The notes under the pieces: generated by a model
What the model was told of the DNA's origin: nothing
The model's input: the letters and a program-made list of their open reading frames with translations, nothing else
Databases searched by the model: none
Virus record (IMG/VR): IMGVR_UViG_3300025929_000014
Location: 32,001-96,000 of that record
Source: a virus
DNA length: 64,000 nt
Direction: 5' to 3' (one strand)
Made by a program: the position numbers and the translations under genes
Shown here: positions 27,867-37,298 of the stretch, one piece after another
Numbering within the stretch: the stretch's first letter is position 1
Layout of the letters: the number at the start of each line of letters is the position of its first letter

Positions 27867-27982
27867 AGAAGAAACCGACAAACGGCGAAATGCTGCAGAT
27901 TACCGTTGTATACGGCATCGGTATCGGCATAGCTACCGGTATGCCTTTGTGGTTCTCAACGCCAATAGCGGCCAGCAAATGA
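27863..27982 (+). CDS. 39-aa membrane peptide
   Basis: GGAGG RBS; ATGA overlaps at both ends. Confidence 0.45.
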   Translation: MKKKPTNGEMLQITVVYGIGIGIATGMPLWFSTPIAASK

Positions 27983-28563
27983 ATGACGTGCTCTTCTCAT
28001 CGGCCAGCGCCGAGTGGCTCACCCCCGCGCATATCATCAAATCCATTGTGAGCTTCTTTGGCGGCATCGCGCTAGATCCCTGCGCCGAGTCGCACACCGA
28101 TCCGAATGTGCCGGCCGCCAAACGCTTCACCAAAGAGGACGACGGCTTGAAACAGGAGTGGGTCGGCAACTCGATCTACATGAATCCACCGTATGGGCGT
28201 GGTATCGGGGTCTGGATTACCAAGCTGCTGGCCGAGCGCCGGCACTATAGCGAGGCCATCACCCTGATTCCGGCGCGCGTCGATACCGGCTGGTGGGATA
28301 CGCTGATGCAGGTCGAGCCCATCTTCTGCCTGTTGACCGGCCGGTTGACGTTCCATTCGACGCATCCTGGCCTGCCGCCCTCACTCGAAGGCTTGACGCT
28401 CGAAGAGGCTGCGGAGCTACAGGAGAAATACCGGAAGGCGCTCAAGGGCCACCTCGATCCCGATACCGCGCCGTTTCCCAGCGCGCTGGTCTACATCGGC
28501 GAGCGCCGCCATCTCTTCGCCCATCATTTCGCCGAGTTCGGGCGCATCTACGCCCAGTATTAG
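27979..28563 (+). CDS. phage DNA N6-adenine methyltransferase
   Basis: EWLTP, LDPCA, YMNPPYG, LIPARVDT. Confidence 0.88.
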   Translation: MNDVLFSSASAEWLTPAHIIKSIVSFFGGIALDPCAESHTDPNVPAAKRFTKEDDGLKQEWVGNSIYMNPPYGRGIGVWITKLLAERRHYSEAITLIPARVDTGWWDTLMQVEPIFCLLTGRLTFHSTHPGLPPSLEGLTLEEAAELQEKYRKALKGHLDPDTAPFPSALVYIGERRHLFAHHFAEFGRIYAQY

Positions 28564-28574
28564 AAGGAGACCAC

Positions 28575-28796
28575 ATGGAGACCAAGAGCAAGATAGCGGA
28601 GATTCAGCACAACTTCACCTACCATCCCCCGAAGGAAGGACAGCAGGATACGTACAGCTTTCTACGCAAACGTGGGCTTGATTTCTCGCTGGATATTTTC
28701 GCCCTGACGCCCAGCTCGCGTGAGCAATCGCTGGCGCTGACCAAGCTCGAAGAGGCGGTGATGTGGGCGAACGCCGCCATCGCTCGGCACGGCTAA
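28575..28796 (+). CDS. Acb2/Tad1-hairpin family putative immune-signal sponge
   Basis: FTYHPP...SREQSLALTKLEEAVMWANAAIAR; AAGGAG RBS. Confidence 0.7.
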   Translation: METKSKIAEIQHNFTYHPPKEGQQDTYSFLRKRGLDFSLDIFALTPSSREQSLALTKLEEAVMWANAAIARHG

Positions 28797-28816
28797 TAGC
28801 GGGTCTCTAGCAGGTA

Positions 28817-28851
28817 AGCAAAACCCCCGTCGCGTTGACGGGGGTTTTGCT
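28817..28851. terminator. bidirectional terminator between convergent operons
   Basis: AGCAAAACCCCCGTC-N5-GACGGGGGTTTTGCT. Confidence 0.88.
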
Positions 28852-28876
28852 GTGGGCGAAGATACAGGCTCTTCGT

Positions 28877-29983
28877 TTACTTCAGCCACCCTTGCGCGCG
28901 TGCGTAGCGCAGACTGCCGGACAGGCTCAGGAGGCCGTGCCCGTAATGGAGCGGGTCCATGAAATGGCTCCAGCCGGCGCCCTTGAGCAATGCCTCTTTG
29001 GCCTGGTCCGGTGTGAGGCCCGCGCTGAGCAGGTCGGCGACGGCGCCCGCCACGAGCGGGGTTGCCATGCTGGTGCCCTCCCAGGTACACAGGCCGGCGC
29101 AGTTGATCAGTGTGGGGCGCATCGGCGCGATGCCGAAAATATAGTCGCCAGGCGAGGCGATGGCCACGTCCGGCCCGTAGGTACTCCAGCTGGTGATATG
29201 GTTCCACCTATCGGTGGCGGAGACGCGAATTACGCCCGGATAGCTGCCCGGATACATCTGCGCGTTCTGGCCGTTGTTGCCGGCTGCGGCGACCACGATC
29301 ACGCCAACTTTTTCCGCGTAGGCGACGGCTGCGGCCGTTGCCGGATCGCTGCTTGATCCGCCCAGCGACATGCTGATGACGGAGAAGCGATGAATGGCAC
29401 CCCACATAATGGCGGCCGCCACGTCCCGATCATCGGCGCCTTCGCCGTCAAACACCTTGGCGATAGCTGCCTTTGCCTTCGGCGCCACGCCGTAGTAGTC
29501 CGCATACTGGCCGTTGCAGACGATCTCGCACAATACGAACGACCCATGCCCAACCTTATCCACATAGGGACTGGCGTTAGGGATGGTGATGTCTTTGCTG
29601 CATGACACGTAGGGGTTATAGGTCTTACACTGTACCGGCACGCTGCCATGCAGGGGGTTCACCGCCAGGCTGGGGAGTACCTGCCCGGAGAGCACAGTAG
29701 TGGCTTCCGTGCGGTCCAGGCCGGTGTCAATGACGAGGACCGAGACACCGTGTCCATCTGCTTCAGCGCTCCAGGCATCCTGCGCACCGATGGTGTAGAG
29801 ATGCCAGTAGAGCTGCGGGAACGGCGACATGACACCGCCAGGTATAGGCGCGGTGAACGGCAGCGCCTGCCCCCAGGTCGTAGTCGTATACGCACGGCTC
29901 GATGCCATGCTGGCTGGGCTGCTGGGAGCGACCACCAGGCCGCAGAAGAGGAGTGTGCAGAGGATGGACAGGACGCGGCGCAT
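28877..29983 (-). CDS. subtilisin-like S8 serine protease with signal peptide
   Basis: VIDTG, GHGS, AAAGN, GTSMATP; MRRVLSILCTLLFCGLVVA leader. Confidence 0.92.
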   Translation of the reverse strand: MRRVLSILCTLLFCGLVVAPSSPASMASSRAYTTTTWGQALPFTAPIPGGVMSPFPQLYWHLYTIGAQDAWSAEADGHGVSVLVIDTGLDRTEATTVLSGQVLPSLAVNPLHGSVPVQCKTYNPYVSCSKDITIPNASPYVDKVGHGSFVLCEIVCNGQYADYYGVAPKAKAAIAKVFDGEGADDRDVAAAIMWGAIHRFSVISMSLGGSSSDPATAAAVAYAEKVGVIVVAAAGNNGQNAQMYPGSYPGVIRVSATDRWNHITSWSTYGPDVAIASPGDYIFGIAPMRPTLINCAGLCTWEGTSMATPLVAGAVADLLSAGLTPDQAKEALLKGAGWSHFMDPLHYGHGLLSLSGSLRYARAQGWLK

Positions 29984-30810
29984 TAGTTTGCTCCAAGACT
30001 GATGACCCAGGGGTCGAAGGCGAGCTGTGGATTGGCGATGTATGTTTCCGGTAGGTAGACGTAGCCATTGTCTCCCCATGGACCCCAGGAGCCACGAACA
30101 ATGAAGGCGGCAATCCCGGTCCCGCGCGCGTTGGGGGTCCAGCCTACACCGCAGAGCGCGTGCCCGCCCTCAAGCTGATCGGTGGTGGGGTCTGGCTCCG
30201 GCACTATGCCGTTGATCGCCGCCCGGTAATAGCTGGAATACAGCAAGATACCGAAGAGGGGGGTGAAGCCCTGGGCAAGGGCCTGCTTGTAGCCCTCGAC
30301 GGTGCCGTCCAGCGCGTAGTAGTTCGCGATCTCGTGGTTCTTGGCGTGGTCTATGGCCGACTGTGGTGGGGTCTGGGCGTACTGCCCAGCCACGTAGGGG
30401 TAGTTGTGCCAGGCTGCCGCGCCGAACTGATGGAGCGCTGATACCGCATCGCGGATTGTGGATCCAGCATCGCTGGCGTCTGTGCCTTCCAGAGAGCGGG
30501 AGAACCAGTATTGGAGCTGGAACGATATGTCGAAGTCTTCCAGTGCCCCGTAGTGGAGACTGGGAGCCCACACCGCAGGGATGGGAAGGTTGTGCCGCTT
30601 GCGCCTGCTGCGGCGGTAGGCCGCGCCGGAGGCGAAGGAGGTACAGCTGCCCTCCTGCTCCTGGTTGTAGGCGTCCGGGAACTCATTGCGGTAATCAATC
30701 GGGCCGGCTACCGGCTGTGCGGTGAAGTGTTCCTTGAACTGGTAGTCGCGGGGATCGGGCAGCGATTTGCGGAGCCCCAGGTAGTGTCCTTTACTGGTGA
30801 CAAGTCCCAT
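29983..30810 (-). CDS. papain-like C1 cysteine peptidase
   Basis: PDPRDY, QEQEGSCTSF, GGHAL, RGSWG.WGDNGY. Confidence 0.88.
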   Translation of the reverse strand: MGLVTSKGHYLGLRKSLPDPRDYQFKEHFTAQPVAGPIDYRNEFPDAYNQEQEGSCTSFASGAAYRRSRRKRHNLPIPAVWAPSLHYGALEDFDISFQLQYWFSRSLEGTDASDAGSTIRDAVSALHQFGAAAWHNYPYVAGQYAQTPPQSAIDHAKNHEIANYYALDGTVEGYKQALAQGFTPLFGILLYSSYYRAAINGIVPEPDPTTDQLEGGHALCGVGWTPNARGTGIAAFIVRGSWGPWGDNGYVYLPETYIANPQLAFDPWVISLGAN

Positions 30811-31698
30811 TTAGATGACTTCCTTGTAGGCGAAGAATGACGGTTTACCTTCCAGAGCAGTGGGCGCCTCAAGCCCCCAGGTGCGCAGCCGCCCCTGGCT
30901 TACGAAATCAAATAAACTGAACCAATGCGCGACCACCACCTGTGGGTACGCCGCTAGCTCGTGGTACATGGTGGCCAGGTTGGCGGCCTGCAGCGCTGTG
31001 CCGACAACGCCACTCTCCCAGCCCATCTCGGTGATGTAGATCGGCCTATCGGTAATGCTGGCGTAGTAGCCCATGTAATCGTGGAGCGTCTGTATGTTCA
31101 CCGGCTTCGCCGGGTCCAGATAGAAGTGGATGCCCACTCCATCGAGGGTAAGGGGATGCTGCATGATCTCCTCGATCCAGGTCACCTGCCGGATGTATTC
31201 GGCTGCCGAGTTGGCGTAGGTGTCCCCGCCGTAGCGGTCTGGATCCCAGGCGAAGACGCCCCCAGTAATCAGCTGGGCGTGCGGCACCGATGCCCTGCCG
31301 GCGACGTGTACGGCGTAGTAGAGTTTCGCGTAGCTCTGCGCCGAGAGCCGAAACTTGGAGCCGAGCGATGCGGGCTCGTTTAAGAACTCGAAAACCTGCA
31401 CACCCTGCATGCTGGCGGCCAGCAGCTCAAACTGCTGCACGTAATCCTCGACATACTGGCCGAACACCACGCTGTTGGTCGGCGCCTGCCATTGTGCGGG
31501 ACCAGCGCCGGGCACGATGGTGAGCGGCACCATGGCGGTGACGTTCTTTCCCCGACTCGTGAGCAGGTTGACGACGCCGGCATCATCGACGCTCTGTAGC
31601 TCCAGCCGGATATCTTTGGTGCCCAGGGCGTTCAGTGTGCCGAGCATGGACTCGGTAATGGAGCCCGGCAGATAGAGGACGACGCCTTTGCGTCTCAT
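30811..31698 (-). CDS. clan GH-A glycoside hydrolase
   Basis: FEFLNEP acid/base, GIHFY, IYITEMGW nucleophile. Confidence 0.82.
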   Translation of the reverse strand: MRRKGVVLYLPGSITESMLGTLNALGTKDIRLELQSVDDAGVVNLLTSRGKNVTAMVPLTIVPGAGPAQWQAPTNSVVFGQYVEDYVQQFELLAASMQGVQVFEFLNEPASLGSKFRLSAQSYAKLYYAVHVAGRASVPHAQLITGGVFAWDPDRYGGDTYANSAAEYIRQVTWIEEIMQHPLTLDGVGIHFYLDPAKPVNIQTLHDYMGYYASITDRPIYITEMGWESGVVGTALQAANLATMYHELAAYPQVVVAHWFSLFDFVSQGRLRTWGLEAPTALEGKPSFFAYKEVI

Positions 31699-32630
31699 GC
31701 GTCGCTCTGGGCGTAGGTGGCAATAGGCAGCCAGCCATGCACGACGGACTCGCCTTGCAAGAGATGCACTTCGCCCCAGCGATCATCCGTCTTTTTGATG
31801 CGGCCGGTGGGCACGACCTGGGCGCCCAGCTCCAGATAGACCTTGTTATGGTGCGGGTCTATGGCGGCGTCACTGGTGTGCGCTGGGACCGCCTTGAGCA
31901 TGGCCGGTGTGACCATGCGGTAGATCTTGGGGACCACCACTGGCGGCGTCGTGCCGTAGGCCATATCCATCAGTTGCTGCGTGCCGGTGTTGAAGTCCAC
32001 GATGTTGCCGACGTTCTCACAGTATTGCCAGGCCACCACGAACTTGGCCCAGGCGCCCAAGAGCGAGACATCCGGCGTGAAGGTGTCTATGACCTTGCCG
32101 AACAGCGCATTCGGCTCTGATTCGCTGCTCCAGATGTAGATGGGAAAGGCCGTTGCCAGCGCTGCGGCGATATAGGCGTCGATATGCTCTTGCTTCTCGC
32201 TATTGAGATAGAGCCCTGCGTTATACTGCGCGCGGTGCATATTGGCGGCGAAACCACGAATCTCGTCGGCAGTGGGATCCATATTGGTCTCGAAGTCGAT
32301 GAACCCGCAGACCCCTTTGGGGACGCCGAGCGCCACCAGGCTGTCGATAAAGACCTGCGCGTGATCCCAACCGTCCTGGAAACTGCCGGCGACATTGGCG
32401 GCCGATGTGCGGTTATAGATCGGGATATCGGCTGCGCCGCGCTGATGGTCAAAGGCTACCTCGCCCGGCGTCAGGCCATCCGAAAGTCCGGCGATGGCTT
32501 CGGTGTAGCGGGCGATGAATGCCGGAGCGGCAAAGTTTCCCCGCACGTAGTCATCGACCAGTGTCGTGGTGCCGGGCACGAACGCGTTGCTTGCAGCCGC
32601 ACTATCGTAGCCCCAGTAAATAGTTGTCAT
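31695..32630 (-). CDS. endolysin, DUF1906/GH25-like muramidase with C-terminal SH3-like domain
   Basis: YWGYDS, FIARY, FIDFE, WQY; AAGGAGG RBS; downstream of holin-like genes. Confidence 0.75.
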   Translation of the reverse strand: MTTIYWGYDSAAASNAFVPGTTTLVDDYVRGNFAAPAFIARYTEAIAGLSDGLTPGEVAFDHQRGAADIPIYNRTSAANVAGSFQDGWDHAQVFIDSLVALGVPKGVCGFIDFETNMDPTADEIRGFAANMHRAQYNAGLYLNSEKQEHIDAYIAAALATAFPIYIWSSESEPNALFGKVIDTFTPDVSLLGAWAKFVVAWQYCENVGNIVDFNTGTQQLMDMAYGTTPPVVVPKIYRMVTPAMLKAVPAHTSDAAIDPHHNKVYLELGAQVVPTGRIKKTDDRWGEVHLLQGESVVHGWLPIATYAQSDA

Positions 32631-32790
32631 ACTCCTCCTTGAAATGCTCTGTGCGGCAGCGTTCGGCGCGAGCGAGGCGCCACTGGTAATAGGAATCGCC
32701 TCTACAGTAGGCGTGCCACCAATCCGTATATTTTTCGCGCCCACGATGCAGAAATCGTTGTCGTCGGCGCCAGTCGCGTGTGCGGGTCAT
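32602..32790 (-). CDS. small basic protein
   Basis: GAGG RBS; fills gap. Confidence 0.4.
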   Translation of the reverse strand: MTRTRDWRRRQRFLHRGREKYTDWWHAYCRGDSYYQWRLARAERCRTEHFKEEYDNYLLGLR

Positions 32791-32982
32791 CGAGTCCTCT
32801 AGGGCAGTAGCGAGTGCCCTAGAAGTGATCGAATGCTTTCTTCAACGCAGGAGAAACCAGAGTGTCATGCCGACTACGAGGTGACCATGGCGATCAACAG
32901 TGCCAGCTCTGCTGCGCGATTGGTGGTACGCGCCCAGAGAATGGCGGCCGTTAGCAGTGCCGCCCAGAGCCTGGCGCGCATC

Positions 32983-33423
32983 TTACTTGGCGCCCGGACG
33001 CGAGAGCGGCGTACCGATGCCGCCCAGACGGGCGACCAGCAGTACCACGCTGCCGAGCAACATGGGCGCGGCGCCGATGATCTTTTCGGCCTGGGCATTG
33101 CCGGCCAGGTAGGCGACCAGGATGATCAGCGCGCCCAGGATGGCGCCCGCCACGATGGTGATGGCTATGGCTTTCTGGGTCTGCGGATCCTCCTCGACGT
33201 GGGTAATCACCTTGCTGCCTGCGGCAGCGATGGCTGCCTCGAAGACCGGACGCTGGGCATTGAAATCGGCCTGCAGGCGGGCAACATCGCCGGAAAAGGT
33301 AGCGGCGACGTTCTGGGCTTCCTGGCGGGCGATGGGCGCCACCAGGTTCTGCAGGGCGTTGGCGGCCTCATTGGCGGCCGAAGGCGGCGTGAGCACGGTG
33401 AGGGAGTCAGGAGTCATGGACAT
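32983..33423 (-). CDS. holin-like membrane protein
   Basis: two C-terminal TM helices; upstream of endolysin. Confidence 0.55.
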   Translation of the reverse strand: MSMTPDSLTVLTPPSAANEAANALQNLVAPIARQEAQNVAATFSGDVARLQADFNAQRPVFEAAIAAAGSKVITHVEEDPQTQKAIAITIVAGAILGALIILVAYLAGNAQAEKIIGAAPMLLGSVVLLVARLGGIGTPLSRPGAK

Positions 33424-33436
33424 GGGGCCTTTTCCT

Positions 33437-33529
33437 TTAGCGGCGGGCGAAATGGGCGAAGATATAGACGAGGCAGCAGACGATGGCGAGCAGGATGAGG
33501 ATATCGAGGGGCGTGATGGATGCTGGCAT
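33437..33529 (-). CDS. 30-aa single-TM peptide
   Basis: MPASITPLDILILLAIVCCLVYIFAHFARR; AAGGA RBS. Confidence 0.5.
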   Translation of the reverse strand: MPASITPLDILILLAIVCCLVYIFAHFARR

Positions 33530-33537
33530 GTGGTCCT

Positions 33538-34017
33538 TTAGGCGGCCGCGATGGTGAGCGCCGGCAGCGCGGAGAGGGGGAGCAGGTGCTCCTTGGGGAC
33601 GAAATAGGCGGGGGTGCGGCCGGCGTAGCTCTGCAGCCAGGTCTCTTGCTTGGCGTCCCGGCCCAGCAGGAACCCATGGACGCGAAAGTTGGGCATCGTG
33701 CCGGTAACAAGGAGGAAACATTCGTCGTCGGCGTCGCCCTTGCGCACGATCAGATCCCAATCGTGGCGGGTGCGGGTGCGGATCTGGAGCTGGCCCACGT
33801 CCGGGCGCTTGAAGGTGTCCACGCTGCCGTCCCAGAAGACGTTCAGCGCTTTGGCAGTGGCCATCTCGCCGGCAGCCCCCTCGATATGTTCGTTCCAGCC
33901 GGGTCCATTGAGGCCAAAGGCCATGCGCAGGCCCTTATTGATGGCGCTCAGTTGGCGGCCGATACCTACTTGTGCGGCGAGCATGCACTCATAGGGCGCC
34001 AGGGTCACCTCGATCAT
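33538..34017 (-). CDS. hypothetical protein, possible PD-(D/E)XK-like fold
   Basis: GAAGEMA...PDV..QIR. Confidence 0.55.
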   Translation of the reverse strand: MIEVTLAPYECMLAAQVGIGRQLSAINKGLRMAFGLNGPGWNEHIEGAAGEMATAKALNVFWDGSVDTFKRPDVGQLQIRTRTRHDWDLIVRKGDADDECFLLVTGTMPNFRVHGFLLGRDAKQETWLQSYAGRTPAYFVPKEHLLPLSALPALTIAAA

Positions 34018-34556
34018 CGTGTCTTCCCTTCACCACGTAGTCGATGGGCGGCGCTTTTACTCGCGGCCCAGAGGAAATAGATGGCTATCCCTGCTATCAT
34101 GACGGCAAGAATGCCGATCCTGATGGCATCGGGGATGCCGGAGACGCTCTGTAGGAGCGAGCCCATGGCGGTGAGCAGGATCAGTCCGAGCCACTGGGCG
34201 GCTTGTTTACGCGCCTGGCGCGCGTCCTGGAGATGTTGCTTGACTTCCTGTACGCGCTCCTCCTCGCGCGCGGCTATTTGCGCGAGGGTCGGGCCGAAGG
34301 TGCGAATGGGCACCAGGGCATCGACGGTATCCTTGATGGCATCGACGGTGGCGGAGATCTTATCCTGCGCGACGCCGAAGTTGGCCTGCGCGGTGGCGAT
34401 ACTGTCCAGGCGCCCATCCAGGCCATGCACTTCGGCTTTGAGCGCCTCGTGTCCCAGCTCCAGGGATTTGATGCGTGCCAGCGCGTCCGCCAGGTTGCGT
34501 ACCAGCTCCGAGACCATTTGCCAGAGGGTGGTTTCGGCGCCGTTCGGAGTTGTCAT
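34014..34556 (-). CDS. coiled-coil plus 2-TM protein (holin/XhlA-like)
   Basis: heptad region followed by two hydrophobic helices. Confidence 0.55.
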   Translation of the reverse strand: MTTPNGAETTLWQMVSELVRNLADALARIKSLELGHEALKAEVHGLDGRLDSIATAQANFGVAQDKISATVDAIKDTVDALVPIRTFGPTLAQIAAREEERVQEVKQHLQDARQARKQAAQWLGLILLTAMGSLLQSVSGIPDAIRIGILAVMIAGIAIYFLWAASKSAAHRLRGEGKTR

Positions 34557-34639
34557 GTGGATGAAACAGCCTTAAATGGATATAACGAGACTCCGTATAC
34601 ATGTTATGGTAACATATCTCGCCATGGATGGAAAGTAGA

Positions 34640-35041
34640 TTAGCCCAGCGGTCCCCCCACGTTGGTGGTCACCGTCGCATGTTCGCTGGTGTAGTTGGCG
34701 CCGGCCGACGTGACGCAATGGATGTAGTACCAGTAGGTGGTGCCGGCCTTGAATTGGAGGGCGGTGTCGCCGGAGACCCCACCGGTGAGCGTGAAGACGC
34801 CTTCGGCCGTATTGGTGCCATTGCCGGCTGGGCTGCCGGCGTTGGTGATCTGTCCGGCCGTCGTCGGGGTCGTGGTGATCGACTTACTGAAGAAGGGCGC
34901 CGCATCCCCCTCATTGAACTTGAAGCCCAGCGAGACGGAGACAACGGTCTGGCCAGCCGGCAGATTGGTGATGGTATGATCGACGGCGTAGTCATCGCCG
35001 ATGTAGAACGAGGCCAGGTCGGCATTAAAACTCACGCTCAT
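34640..35041 (-). CDS. virion accessory Ig-like/BppU-like protein
   Basis: beta-rich; position after fibre cluster. Confidence 0.5.
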   Translation of the reverse strand: MSVSFNADLASFYIGDDYAVDHTITNLPAGQTVVSVSLGFKFNEGDAAPFFSKSITTTPTTAGQITNAGSPAGNGTNTAEGVFTLTGGVSGDTALQFKAGTTYWYYIHCVTSAGANYTSEHATVTTNVGGPLG

Positions 35042-36519
35042 GGGAATGGATCCTTTCGTACAATGGCGCCCGAACCGGTCGCAGCGCTGCTGACGGCGCC
35101 CGATCCGCGCGCACTCCTGCTCAGGGCGCCGGACCCGGAGGCACTGTTGCCGACGGCGCCCGCACCCTTGGTAATCACGAGGATGCCGCCGCCATCTTTA
35201 TCGACGACGACGGCGATGCTGCCGCCATGGGCTAGTGTGGTGAGTTCGCTGGCGACGAGTTGGTCTGCTCCCAGCGCTTGCAGCAGACGCAGCTGCGTTT
35301 CGAGCGCCTGCGGCAGGTCTCCTGCTACCGGCTCCAGCGTGAAGATCACGCTTTCCTGCGCTCGGACCAGATCGGCGGCTACCGTGACGCTGGTGACAAT
35401 ATCCAGGTAGGTTACTGTGTCTGTGGGGAGTGGTTGATCGCTCGTCGTTGCGGCGAGCAGCGCGCCGAATGTGTCGCCGGCTGGCAGCGCATCTGCAGCG
35501 CTGTTGGCGAGCGCTGTCGCGAACGCGTCGGCCGGAAGGAGAATATCGTTGCCTGCACGCTGCAGGAGTTGACTGGCGGTATCTAGGGGAGGCGATGCGT
35601 CCGCGCTGGCGCTGGCCCCCTGGAAGCCGGCGCTGTCGCTCGCTCCCAGTTGATCGTCGCTGAGGGGCGTCAGCAGCTGCGTCGCGCTCGTGCGGAGCGC
35701 GGGGAGATCGCTGGAGGCCGCACTGAGGAGACCAGCTCCGCTCTCACTGGGTAGCGCCAGGTCGAGCAGCTGCGCTACCTGCAGCGCGAGCTGTTGATCA
35801 AGCGGCGCTGGCGCATCCTGGGCGGTGCCGAACTGGGTCCAGCTCGCGCTCTCCTGGGCCGTTATCTGGTCGAGGCCGACGATAAAGGTAGTGAGGCTGC
35901 TGGTGTTGCTATCCTGTGCCTGCACCTGGTCGAGGCCCACCAGCAGGACGATCAGGTTAATGTTGCCCGTATCCTGGGACGGAACTGTATCGACTGTCTG
36001 CGCCAGCAGTGTAAAGAGCGCGACCTCCTGCGCCGACGGTAGTTCATTGGTGGTGAAGGTGAGGGCGGGCGCGCTGAGATCGCTCGTGCTGGTGCTATCC
36101 TGCGCCGTGCCGGCCAGTACCAGTGTCCGCACATCGCCCGGCGTTGGGGCGTCCTGCATGCTGCCGGAGAGCAGCGCCTGGAGGGTATCGGCGGCCGCTC
36201 CCGTATCCTGCGTGGTGCCGGCGAGCAGCGCTGTCGCGCTGTCGAGCGGTGCCGGCGTATCCGCGCTGCTCGGCGACAGGACGGCGCTGCGCGTATCGAG
36301 CGCTGCGGGCGCATCTCCGGCACTGCTCAGGACGAGCGGCGCCTGGCTATCGGTCGCGCCCGGAGCGTCGGCTGCGGAGTCTGCCAGTAGCGCACTGCGC
36401 GTATCCTGCGCGGCCGGTGCATCGGCGCCGATGAGCAGCACGATGAGATTGCCGCCAAGCAGCGCGATAGACGGCACATGCCAGGTACTTTGCTGGAGCG
36501 GGCGCGTGATATAGGGCAA
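35038..36519 (-). CDS. acidic repeat-rich fibre-like protein
   Basis: about 19-20-aa repeats with D-x5-D. Confidence 0.65.
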   Translation of the reverse strand: MPYITRPLQQSTWHVPSIALLGGNLIVLLIGADAPAAQDTRSALLADSAADAPGATDSQAPLVLSSAGDAPAALDTRSAVLSPSSADTPAPLDSATALLAGTTQDTGAAADTLQALLSGSMQDAPTPGDVRTLVLAGTAQDSTSTSDLSAPALTFTTNELPSAQEVALFTLLAQTVDTVPSQDTGNINLIVLLVGLDQVQAQDSNTSSLTTFIVGLDQITAQESASWTQFGTAQDAPAPLDQQLALQVAQLLDLALPSESGAGLLSAASSDLPALRTSATQLLTPLSDDQLGASDSAGFQGASASADASPPLDTASQLLQRAGNDILLPADAFATALANSAADALPAGDTFGALLAATTSDQPLPTDTVTYLDIVTSVTVAADLVRAQESVIFTLEPVAGDLPQALETQLRLLQALGADQLVASELTTLAHGGSIAVVVDKDGGGILVITKGAGAVGNSASGSGALSRSARGSGAVSSAATGSGAIVRKDPFP

Positions 36520-36536
36520 CGGGCGGCGCCTCGCAG

Positions 36537-36821
36537 CTAGGAGTGGTTTTTGGGCAGTGTGCCGATGGTCACCGTGCCGACATAGGTGGCGCCGGGTGAG
36601 GTGCCGTCCCGGCTATAGAGCCGCTCCGGGCGCTGGCGCATAATCGCTTGCCCATCCGGGTACAGCGCAATATGGCCGCCTGGATGATAGTAGACGGGAT
36701 AGATGCCATCGGCGATGTCGTGCCCATCATGTAGCAGATGGACCACGCCCAGATCGTCGGTCACCGTTGTGAAGCCGGCATGCGGATGTGGATCGCTCGC
36801 TGGGTGATACTCGATGATCAT
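36537..36821 (-). CDS. hypothetical His-rich protein
   Basis: abuts upstream gene. Confidence 0.55.
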   Translation of the reverse strand: MIIEYHPASDPHPHAGFTTVTDDLGVVHLLHDGHDIADGIYPVYYHPGGHIALYPDGQAIMRQRPERLYSRDGTSPGATYVGTVTIGTLPKNHS

Positions 36822-37289
36822 TTAATGCTCCAGGATGGCGATGTTGATATTGAAGGCTACGGACGCGGGCGGGGCGACCACGAACTTCACGAAGAGAAAG
36901 TGGCCGCTGGCCACCTTGAGGCGTTCCAGTTCCTGGGGGATCCAGAGGTACGGCGTCCCCAGGGAATTGAGGCCGGTGCGGCGCCGCACGGTCGCGCCGG
37001 TGCCATCGGTACTGGTGCCGGAGGAATAGGCTTTGCCGGTGGTATTCGCCGTGTTGTTGGTCATGTCTTCGGCGTCTTTAAGCGTGATGGTTGAAGTGGT
37101 CCAGACGGTGGCGGCCGCCGTCGAGTACCCAATGGTGGCCGCCCAGACGCCGGAGGTGGTGGTGGTCTCCTGGCTGATTTCCAGGGAAATCACATCGAAG
37201 GCGTGGCCGGCGACGGCTGCCAACTCGGCCGCGACATTGACGGCCGCGCCAGGAGTGAAATTGGCGGAGAAGGTTTGCACTGAGGACAT
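36822..37289 (-). CDS. virion accessory protein
   Basis: beta-rich, late cluster. Confidence 0.6.
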   Translation of the reverse strand: MSSVQTFSANFTPGAAVNVAAELAAVAGHAFDVISLEISQETTTTSGVWAATIGYSTAAATVWTTSTITLKDAEDMTNNTANTTGKAYSSGTSTDGTGATVRRRTGLNSLGTPYLWIPQELERLKVASGHFLFVKFVVAPPASVAFNINIAILEH

Positions 37290-37298
37290 GGGGTCATC

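Noticed and set aside
32798-32823. Riboswitch upstream of the endolysin
   Set aside because: Only a 9-bp hairpin; the gap is largely filled by small ORFs and no aptamer is recognisable
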